A stretch of 46,518 nt of DNA from Catajapyx aquilonaris (taxonomy: Eukaryota): contig JYFJ02003087.1 in NCBI GenBank assembly GCA_000934665.2, forward strand, positions 1 to 46,518. The letters run 5' to 3'. Below the pieces are notes generated by a model. It was not told the origin of the DNA and did not search any database. It worked only from the letters and a program-made list of their open reading frames with translations. Both the position numbers and the translations under genes were made by a program. Positions 36,401 through 46,518 of this stretch are shown piece by piece; the stretch's first letter is position 1, and each line of letters begins with the position of its first letter.

Positions 36401-39400
36401 ATTTTAAAAATGTGGAGCTCCACAACAATGTCCTGTGCCATCAACTCTAAAATATCTTCCCTATTACCGATCAACAATAATCATTCTGTTTGAACTCTAC
36501 CACGACTGCAAGGAGTCCTGAACCTTCCTCCATGCATTGCAACAGACGACTTGGATTCTTTAAACGAGAAAATCATAATCCTGTTCACTGCTACATTTTA
36601 AGTTGTTGTATATGAGTGGTCAAGCATCCAGAATCTCTCATGGTAGTGTAGATAAACATAGTAATGCTCACTTTGGAAGGAACAGAAGAGGTGTGAGGCA
36701 GTAGTGTATGGGTCTTGCCAACTGCCTAAAAAGCTGAAGAAGCTCTTCAGACACGGGAATTTGGGAAGCTGTTCCTCTCCACTGCCACATCAGCCGCAAC
36801 ATCTTTTGTGTCTCTGCATTAAACAAACAAATAAAAGATTGACGGTGTTGAGCAGTATAGCATTAAGGGAAATATTGCAAACCTTTATTTCTCGCTTCCT
36901 TGTTACGTAGCTCAATCATTTGCAATCCATGTCTTCCAACTGGGTCTGCTTGTGATACATACGGCGACTGGTGCATTGGTTTTGATGGGCGCCCATCCCT
37001 GTACACTTCAGTGAACAATATGGGGCTTTGACTTTCTGGCACACGGCGAGGTCCCACTGAAAGAGCTCCTTGGTCCCTATTCTGTGGGCAGTGGTACCGA
37101 ACCAGGTTCTCCACTTCAGATGTATCCATGTATGGATTGACATCCTGCAGGAAAAAGTTAATTCCATTTTAACTCCAACAAGAAATTTTTCCTCTGCAAC
37201 ACACCTCCAAAGTGCTACTTTTAAAAACCCCAACCATTTAACTTAATAATAAGCTGGTAGTGACTCTGTGTAGGTAACAGCAATCAGAAATATTTCTTGT
37301 AATCAAAACAGCTTTGGAAACAGACTGCTCTACTACAAATGAACATTATTTCTTAATCACATCTTACCTCTGAGGCTGTGGCAGGCCCATAATGGTCACC
37401 TTGCTTTTTCTTGGCACTGCGCCGAGTAAAGGCCTGGTTTTGAAACAGGCCCATTTTTTGAGTAATGATGCTGGTCAGAAGGTGGGCTCTGGCACTAAAC
37501 CAGTTACCCAGAGAACTGCTCTGTCTGCACAGGGTTTCTGCCCCATCTTTGGACCAATTGTATGCATACAGCACCAGCTGCCAAGAAGATAATCGAAAAA
37601 ATTAAAGTTTGTCTCGTGTTTAGGAGAGTCACCACCACGTACCTCTCTGTTCGTAACAAATGCAATCAGCAGGCGCTGGCGGGGCACAAATGTGGACATG
37701 CCCACTTCCCGACCTTTTTGCACTGCTTTGCCGGTGGATCCAACAGAAGTGAAACTTGTAAGTGAGGGCGAGGTTGTGATGGAGCTGCCTTGTGTCACAA
37801 AGCACACCTCCAGACCGTCTCTTTGGAGGTAAGGAGGAAATCGCTGGTGTCCTTTTGGAGCTTGAGGAGGATGAAGCATAATACTCACAAAATGGTTCTT
37901 TGCTACTAGAAATTTCCATTTTTTGCATGTCGAAGACAAATTTTGTAATGCCTAAATTATAAATTGGTCTTCTGAGAGTTAAATCTTTTACAATGATCTC
38001 ATAACATGGTCACACATGTCACTGCAAGCAGTTCATCTGCTGTTGTATGACTTTTTTTAGGTAATTGTGAAAAAGTCAATGTAAAACATTGTAAATTGTA
38101 CCGTCATAAAACAAGGGATACCTGTACTGCCTAGAACTTCAAAAGAAATTAGTGCACTAATAAGAGTAAAAATGGTAAAATTCAGCATTACCTTCAGGAA
38201 ATACTAGTTCTGGATCAACCCAGCAGGAGTCGGAGATGCATGACTTCCATTGCAGGTTATTTCGACTGATTAGAACGTATGTGTCCTGGTCCCAAGAAGG
38301 CTCAGAAGGCTCATCCTGACTTCCTTCTCCAACAACCAGCCATGACACGTACATGTCTCGCAACTCCCTATCAATCTTCTTGAAGACCCGAACTGTATTG
38401 TCAGGAGCTATTGTTTCAACCATGTGCTGCAACTCCCTCAGCATTATGGGAATGCTGTGTCTGTGAAAAATTGCAATGTATGGTCAAGGATGTATAATTT
38501 TCTCTGGCAATGTTTGGTACCACATCCTTCAAGTCATCTTAACCCAAAACTGAGTCATCTGTACAAATAATGAAAATTTCATTTTGTTGGAGGATTTTGA
38601 CTTATAGACTGAAGCAGTTTGAAGCCTATAAAAATGACCTATTATTCACCTAGCAGTGAGGACAACCGTGTGTTTCCTAACAGCTGGGACACCCAGTTCC
38701 ACCCCATAATCAAACCACTGCTTTGCTGTCATGTGGTAGTTAGAGTGCAAAAATCCCAAATCGCCCTGCTCATATTTGCTGAGAGTTGGCCTTGGAGGTG
38801 TCCAATCTACCGCGCTCTCAGTCAGGTCCTTTGATCTCCTCGGGGACACACTGATATTGGCGTTAGAGCCTCCAGCCTAAAAGAATATGACAATTAGTAA
38901 CCATACATGAATGAAGCTGTCAACCTCATTTCAAGAGTATGAATGTATACCAGAGTGAGTGGCGAAGGTGCTCTATCCTTTGGTACAGATCCTTCCAAAT
39001 GAATGCTTTTCTTCACTGAAAAAGTTGCAAATATTGATTATTCAGGTCAAACAACTCTTGACACAAATAGGGTTAACTTTCCACCACCTACCATGACACT
39101 TGAGAAAATTAAAATCAAAAATCAAAAGCACCCTCACCACACATTAGTGACATGTGCTGTGCATCTTCCTAAAGACAGAATTTTGCAGTTGTTATTACAA
39201 TCACTTGTGTAGAGAACAGGAGACTTGAGCCAACTACGCAAGTGCTTCTTAAACCTTTTTGGTACTCCCCCACTTGGGCCATTTATCCACATACGCAAAT
39301 TGTCATTTCACAGAAAACTCAAATAATTTCATATCTGAGTGTTCATGACCCACTTGGAGGAATTTTGAGGAACTTGGAGGAATTTTGAGCCTGCTAATGG

Positions 39401-42400
39401 GCTGTGGCCCTTTGAGACCCTCTGATATCATGACAATCATATCCTCTCAATATGGTAAAACAATAATGTAGCCTGAGTCACCGGATTCTCTACAAATCAT
39501 TCCTCTTCACAATGTTCTCATACGCTCAAGCTGAAACACATAGGCATATCGTACTATGGCCTATTTGTTGTTCAATTCACTCTCAGTAGTGCAACCAGAA
39601 AAATAATTTGCTTCTCTTGACATGCCTAGCCTTTCTATTTAAAAAGTCTTCTCATGGTTCACACTAACTGATGATTCTTGCAGAACTTAATATTCTTCGG
39701 TGCTGTTAGTAGATAAGAGTGCAGTGGTGCAATTAAAGAGTAGCTAGGTGTGCAATCCAACCAGAGTAGAAACAGAGTGAAGAGAATATACCATGACAGG
39801 TATCATGACGATAAAGGCACATGTGAAGAAGATAATGGAGACAGTGTTGCTCCTCTACACTCCACCACTTAACTACATGAACTGTAATAATTACTAAATC
39901 AGATACAGTACTATGCATCATCACAAATCAACTAGAGTCTAAAAATTACTATCTTGGCACCACTCTCTCCAAGCAGAGATTATAAGGTGCATTCATGCAG
40001 AGTCAGTAAGCGAGAAATAAAGTGCACTAACAAATAAAACAAACAAAATATCAAGCAGCAACATAAAGGGTCAGCCCACAATTAAAAAGTCAAACAAAAA
40101 AAGGTCGGTTACCACTGAACGAGACTGATCGTGCTCTCATGTCCAATCCCCCCAGCTCTGGCGTCAAAGGTGACTGGGGGGACATGGCAGATGAGCTTTG
40201 AGCACTGCTCCTGCGTTCCACTCGACCAAATACGAATGCACGCGGTTCCCTCACCGGGGCAGTTGATGCTTCAGGAGAGGGAAACGAATCGTTTCTTCTG
40301 CTTTGCTGCTTTCTTTTTCAACCCCCTTATTTTTTTCTTCTTTTTACAATAGTCCTACCAACCCTCAGTCTATTATTACCCTCTTTCATTGAAATTATAC
40401 CTTATATCATGCATATTGCCTGGGACTGTGTAACTAAACACCTTGACAAGACAATAGACAAAACAAACTACACTGAGAAAAGTCCATTGTTCACAACGTA
40501 TAAAGATGTAGCAGAGGGATAGAAAAAGACAAACTAAATGATTGTAGAAAAATTAAAACGGAAACCTACATTACACTTCAATCACTTCAGGTAAAATACA
40601 ACTAGTGCGCACCACTATAAAAATGTTGCACACTCCCTACACATCTCAGGAGAAAAGTCAACATCCCTTGTTGCTATTTGGGGAAAAAGAAACTGCAAAT
40701 TGAGACAGTATGCAACTCCATACCATTGATTACACCCTTCCTGCGAGTCAGCCAGATTGTTAACTTACCCTTCGAAGCTGCTGTGCTCTCAGGACTAGAC
40801 AATGACTCAAGTGGAGGGCCTTCTGCCAATGGTGCAGTCAAGAGGTGATACTCAGTGAACAGGTCGTAAAGAGCATGTCTGACTCCCATTTCCAGTTTTT
40901 GAGTGAGGGACTCAACACTCACTTTCCCCTGCTTCCATATCCTAAACTCTATTAGTGCCATTGGCCCTGAAGGTAAGAAACGCTTCATTAAAAAAATGAT
41001 CTCATGGTTGAAACACCATCTTCATAATTTTCAGCATTGATTATTATTGTACTATATCGCCCAAGAAGATAGAGACGATTTTGCATTTGACTCAAGTGCA
41101 ACTTGCACTTGAATCAAATGCCAATCGTCTCTATCTTTTTGAGCGATAGAGTACAGTACTATGTAGCTTCCAAGTGGAGAATGCATCTATGCACTGTGAA
41201 GTATTTATTTGATGCATGTATTGCAACTGACCTGGATTTTTTCCAGCAGGATCTGAAGTGTACTGAGTTGTGGAGGTAAGACTGCAGAAGTCCATCAGGC
41301 CATCTTTGTATGCATCTGATTGTGGCCTTGAACAAGAAAGCTGCTGAACCATATGGTTTTGGCCATCAACTACAGCCAAAGCAATGCATGCAATGCCAAT
41401 GCAAGCAATGCCTTTGTTGCCAGAAGCAGGTGTCTGATTGTACAGGTAAATGTCATTTTCTTCTGCACACTTGTTTGTAGGCTCCATCTGAGAGTAGTCC
41501 TGTTCACAAAAATGGAAATTACATATTTCGACAAGGTCATCAGAAGCATGGAAAATATAATGGCACTTTTAGTAGATAAACAATAACTCACCTGGAAGTG
41601 ATTCTCTATCCTATTGTCAATGTATTTTGGGGCATACAAAAATTGCAGCAAGTTTTGCCGTAAATAGTAGACTATGGCTTGCAAATGTGGCAGGGCTGAG
41701 GCCTGAATAGTGAACTGAAAAATAGGATTAAAAAGTGTTAGACCGAATTTCCTTATAAGTTAGTGATAAAAGTAACTAACCTGCACACTTGCTTCAGGAA
41801 GCTTATGGGGCCTTTGAATAAAATGAACATCTTCTGGAGTCAGCTTGCAACGAGGATTTCTGGCTAAAGTCACAGACAGTACTTCCAAGACAGCATCATC
41901 AAGCCTGTTCTGAAGAACCTGTACAAGGTCCTCCTTAACTTCTGAACCAACTTCAGTTATTCCATGAACTTTGAGCACAATTGTGTCTTCCATTCTCAGT
42001 TTGTTCAGAGACAGACTCAAAGCACATGAACTGGAATCTAACTGGGATGAATCCTTTTCTTTGTCTCGCTCTCCAGCTGAATTAAGTCTTGGTCTCAGGT
42101 CCTGAAATTATTAATTAATTAATTAATTAAGTTATTACTACTGTTGCAATCCAGTCATATGTGGAACCAAACTATGGCCATAATTTCAGCGAAGTCCACG
42201 GCATGCAAAGTGGATAAGGTGTGTTGTGTCATGCCTTGACAATACAAGTTGCATGTCTCCTTGAAGGTGCTTTTCATCGCTTTAGGATATTTACATGTCA
42301 GAGTACACATGAAGTCTTATAGCTCAATAATATTAATTTGTAACATACGTCATCATCATTGGTTTTCCTGCCAGGTGGAAGGGAAGATATGGAGGAGCTC

Positions 42401-45400
42401 CTGGAGACAGCAGTGGGCAGAATATCTTCCTCTGATCTTATAGGAGCTAGACTCTGCTTGGATAATCCGCTCTGAGCATTGTCATGAAGTCTGTAATACA
42501 CAAAGATTAGCGTTTTTCCCAGCATCTCAACCCCAACTCTTAATTTACCTTAAGTAGAAGACATTTCCGGCATTGTCTTGGTACACAAACATGTTCTTGC
42601 GGTTGTTGACAGAAAATGTGTTGAGAATTGTGCGCAATGCTTGGACTCCACGAGACAGGCCTGTCTTTCCAGGCCCCATCTTGAGACGTGGGTGAAGGAC
42701 AAAATGGGTTTCCCACACAACATCACAGGCAAATGCTCCAGGCATAAATTTGGTGTTAGCTTCCAAATATTTTCCTCTGCTCTCCAAGTCCAAAGTATCT
42801 GCCAAACAAAATGCATGAAATTATATGTGATGTGCATAGGTAATTACATATCATACAAAGCACACCTTCAAAAGATCTCATGCGAGACAGTGGGAGTGGA
42901 ACACTGGATGAGTCTCCTTGCCTCCAAATGTCCTCACTGGATTCAGGTTCAAGAAGTTGGTCACACATTCGAGTGTCATGCAAATCTTGAAGAAGCATTG
43001 TTTGGTTCACAAGTTTGCAAATACTCTTCACCCTTTTAATTACACTTCGATGAATATTACGCCACTGAGATATCTCCTCTTGCCTGCTATCCAGCCACCT
43101 GTGTGGTAAGACCCATTAATGGCATCTATGATTCACTTATACTACACACTACAAAATCGTACCTGAAGTGAAAGTAGATTGTGACCTTGTCCTTTCCAAC
43201 TCTCAAAATGAGCCAAAAATTTGGAAGCTTCGGCAACTGTGTATCCAGGTCAGTTAGCCAGTCATAATCACCACCTGTGTCGCTGCTGTCACCCTCATAA
43301 CCTGTACAACAATAACAACACTCAACCGAGATTTCAAAACAGTACACTCCCAACTCTGCCATTTAAATGCAGCAAAGTCTCAATTATCTGATCTAAACAT
43401 GACCTATGTCTGAGGAATCGAAAATCTGGATAAAACAAAAGCTTTGAGAGGCAGGAGTGAAGAAATATTTTGAATAAACCTCTGCAAGCACCACTGCCAT
43501 TTCCATACTTGGCAATGACATTTAGTGCAGTTCATTACAGAATAACTGCTCATGGTAACTATATAAAATTAATCTCACCATCTTCGGTGTTTGGGCCACT
43601 TTCCCCCAAACTCTGAAGCCCTGGAGTCCCAGTTGCAGGAGTGCCTGCACTTGTATGAAGCTCTGCTTGCTGTCCTGATGCATTAGTCAAGTCTTTACTG
43701 TCTTCGGGCTCCGAATCAGCTTCAAATGGTTCTGCTTCTTTTGCAATCTCTGTGTCATCATCCTCCTCTGCTGAAGCATTGTCACTTTGGAGATAGAACA
43801 GGTCAGCCTTGTCTCTCAGATGCACGAGTAACCATATTATTCTTACCCTGATGCAATAGCTGCTTCAGATTCTTTTTCTTCAGCAGGAAGAGTAGCTTCA
43901 GATGCTACTGATTCTTGAATATCAGTGGTGGATGTTTCCAATACTGACACGCTCTCACTTCTTACAGATTCTCTCAGGGAAGAACCCCGTGCTCTTCTCC
44001 CACCTGAAAATAACCATGTGACTTTCATAACTTCAAACAATCAATATGCTCCCTCATTATTATCTTTTAAAATAACCTATGGTCTACTACTTTTGCTTCA
44101 ACCAGATAAGGACCAGATATCACCAGCCTGAAATTTTCTCTACATTATTGTCTTAATTTCTTGCAAGTCTACATAACTATTGTGATGAGACTGATGACAG
44201 TACTGTACACGGTAATATTTCCACTCTAATATTTATTAATACTCGAATACATTTAGAAGATGAATGGCTGCAGTAATTAAGCCGACACTCATTAGATAAG
44301 ATGTGCACAACAAAGTCACAGTTGAAAATGAGTACCGTAACAGATATGAACACTTCTTGTATTTCTCCCTTAATCACATTGAGATATTGCAACTACAAAC
44401 CTGAATCATCTGAATATCTCTTGCTTCTTCTCCTCTCTACGTGAAAATCTTGGTCTGTTTCCTCGGTTTCACTTTCATCCAGAGAGAAGTCCTTCTTGTC
44501 TTCTCTCTTTTCCCGATTCCTGTCTCTCACAGCCTTAGGAGTCAGCTTCCTCTCCATCGTTCCACCTGCATCATGTGATGAGCCTGCCTTTCTCTTTGGT
44601 GACATTCGGTCCCTCTGCAGTGGGTGCCAAGTGCTTGCTTCAGCTTGCAAAGTAAATAATGGTCAAGTTCATGATTCTTACAGTACTGGAGCCCGTCTTT
44701 CAGACACTACACACTAACAACAAATTCCTTCCCATTCACAATCCTACTCACCTTGACCTGCTGCTTCTTTGGATTTGTCTTTGTCTTCTCCACCTTCCTT
44801 AGCCTCCATGCTTTGGCTCAGTGTCCAGAGTTCAGCCCTGTCATCAGAGTGTGGGTGGTGAGGGATGACCAGGTCTTTACTCTTAATTCCTAGGGGTGGA
44901 ACCAGTGACCCAATCTGTGTAGGAACCTTTGCCTGCTTAGCTTCCACTAGGTAGTACAACTGGCCTTCTTGACATAGATGGTAGCCATCAACAGCCATGT
45001 TGTTAAACTCCTGTCAACAAAATGGACGGATTTATTTATTCACTATAGGTATCGTGAAGATATCACAGCCTTTCCCATATGCTGAAAAGGTCTTTAATAA
45101 AAGTCTGTCAGACATGTTCAAAAAATCAGCTCCACTTTGCAGCACATGCGCATTTCAAAATACGCAATACATTTAAAATAATTTGTGCATATTTGTATTT
45201 CATTTTTCTCAGGTATCTTGCATGCATCATTCTGTGGACCTTTTCCATTACGAAAATTGAAAAAGCAATGCATTACCTGCACAAATTTATCCAAGCTTTG
45301 ATCAGGCCCAAACACAAAGTGCAAGGGAACCTTGTCCAAGACACAGTTGGGTCTACCAATGGATCTCTCAACGTGAGACCCAACCATTTCCAACACCTCT

Positions 45401-45843
45401 TCTGATATGGGATAGTTATCTAGAGTGCAAGATGCTATCTCATCCTTCAGCATCCATTCGACTTCCTCCACAATATTGTTTACTGCTTGATGCTGATAGG
45501 TAGGAAGGTGCTGGAGGTTGTCTCTTGTGGTTTCAGCTGGACAGCTACAAGAACAAATTTTCATTATTTTCAAACAACACTTTTAAAATGTAGTGTATTG
45601 TTCTAAAAGTGGCTTACTCGTCTTCCATAGAGCTTCCTACACTGCTCAGGGAGTCATTTCTAATGTGATTGCCATCACATGGAGTTGGAGATCCACTACA
45701 AAATGATGTTCGCATGTCTGGATGTATCGGTTGGGCTGCCTGAATCTCTGACGGAAGTGTTAAGCAAAGTATATCTAAGGTTATCTTGTACTGGGAGAGG
45801 TTTAGCAGCTCCTCCTCAGGTTCCATGCAGCTAATTAGTTCAC
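30401..45843 (-). CDS. SZT2: KICSTOR complex scaffold SZT2, 3' portion (>25 exons; 5' part lies outside the window). First exon seen 45843-45618, last exon 30547-30401
   Basis: Recognisable blocks: [134 protein letters not shown], and terminal [14 protein letters not shown]. Not every exon was delimited. Confidence 0.93.
32062..32256. mobile_element. Degraded Tc1/mariner-pogo-like MITE in an SZT2 intron
   Basis: Perfect 15-bp inverted repeat ctccagatataagag (32069-32083) / ctcttatatctggag (32240-32254). The left end begins TA|CAG; the right terminus has decayed. Confidence 0.6.
39352..39389. repeat. Tandem duplication of acttggaggaattttgag (18 bp x2, 20-bp period)
   Basis: Exact copies at 39352-39369 and 39372-39389. 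Confidence 0.85.
41045..41158. repeat. 114-bp near-perfect palindrome (fold-back) in an SZT2 intron
   Basis: Arms of 57 and 56 bp around a single C at 41102, with about 6 mismatches and 1 indel. TA at both outer ends. Confidence 0.9.
42110..42129. repeat. (TTAA)n microsatellite
   Basis: Directly visible next to an SZT2 splice acceptor. Confidence 0.85.
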
Positions 45844-45887
45844 CTGTAAAAAAGTCCATGTTCAGTAGTCACAGAATATGCATAATA

Positions 45888-46218
45888 TGTTGCTGTTGTT
45901 GTTGTTGTTGTTGTTTTTTTGCATTACCCCATTGGGATTTACCATATCCTTTAGGGGGGTGGATTACCACCATCGGAAATTGGAGCCATATAAGAAGATC
46001 TTAATTAATTACTCCAGGGTAGGTAGGAGGGGATATGCGAAGTGCAAGTGCAATGTCTCTAACGGTCATTTTGTGAACTCCCCTGGGTGGCTTAGTCTGT
46101 CGGAAATTGCCACCCGAAATGAAGCCAGAGATGGCCCAACTCTGCACGGATAAAGGTGGGAACCCCGGGTGGGGATCCAACCTGGGACCTTAAGAGCGCG
46201 CTCTAGGCTACGCTATCC
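45888..46218 (-). mobile_element. Probable tRNA-derived SINE (~330 bp) with (CAA)n tail
   Basis: Minus-strand head ggatagcgtagcctagagcgcg...aggtcccaggttggatcccc carries degenerate A and B boxes. The 3' end has a CCC-aat-GGG stem followed by A7(CAA)n. No convincing target-site duplication. Confidence 0.55.
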
Positions 46219-46224
46219 ATTGTT

Positions 46225-46270
46225 GCGGGGAGTCAAACTCGCGGGCCGGCCCGTGAGTTTGACACTTCTT
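46225..46270. mobile_element. Minimal hAT-like remnant: two terminal repeats fused into a 32-bp palindrome
   Basis: gtcaaactcgcgggcc|ggcccgtgagtttgac (46232-46263) resembles hAT-Charlie termini (CAGGGGTGTCAAAC...GGCCC). Confidence 0.5.
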
Positions 46271-46518
46271 CCTCTCGCTGTCACGGCCGCAAATATGGAG
46301 GTATCGGCATGAAACTGGAGTATATGGATGCGAAAGAGTTGCACTTTGAGATGGTGCGCTTATTTTTCTCCTGGGGCGATATTTGCGGCCGCCGCGGCCA
46401 GGTACGGTTTTTTATTTTGACCCGCAATTACTCCTTTCCATGTCGGTACCAGTGAAATTCGAGAGCGTCACGAGGTTTTTACGCCAAATTACCGTAAGTG
46501 TGTGAAAGGGCACGAGTG

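Noticed and set aside
39240..39424. Possible hAT-Charlie MITE (aagtgcttcttaaa ... tttgagaccctctg)
   Set aside because: The termini are too degenerate and there is no 8-bp TSD.
46170..46218. tRNA gene
   Set aside because: It has A/B-box-like words but no cloverleaf; it is better explained as a SINE head.
1..46518. CRISPR arrays, prophage, or a functional gene cluster (two glycosyltransferases; two translation-related modifiers)
   Set aside because: There are no regularly spaced repeats or phage genes. ALG10 and GlcAT-P act in different pathways, and the adjacency is consistent with ordinary housekeeping-gene packing.

Overview
This is eukaryotic (invertebrate, most likely arthropod) genomic DNA with spliced genes and mostly short introns. 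It is not prokaryotic: no CRISPR array, operon, rRNA or intact tRNA was found. Gene order: 3' end of an RTE-type LINE; DNMT2/TRDMT1 (+); a small stand-alone gene resembling 'protein POLR1D isoform 2' (+); OGFOD1 (-); EXOC3/Sec6 (+); ALG10 (-); about 11 kb of CpG-rich non-coding DNA; a GlcAT-P-like beta-1,3-glucuronyltransferase (+); and the 3' part of SZT2 (-), which continues beyond the window. Exon boundaries were traced by hand using splice signals and reading phase. I cannot support a wholly new biological system. The best leads are: (1) a ~290-bp intronic element with nested stems and a pseudoknot-compatible pairing at 25.6-25.9 kb; (2) the free-standing POLR1D-isoform-2-like gene; (3) a frame-preserving SZT2 cassette exon carrying an RxRxxS-F motif; (4) a GC-AG intron in ALG10; (5) several MITE/fold-back elements, including a Sola-like one with intact target-site duplication; (6) a sharp CpG-rich/CpG-poor mosaic suggesting gene-body methylation.
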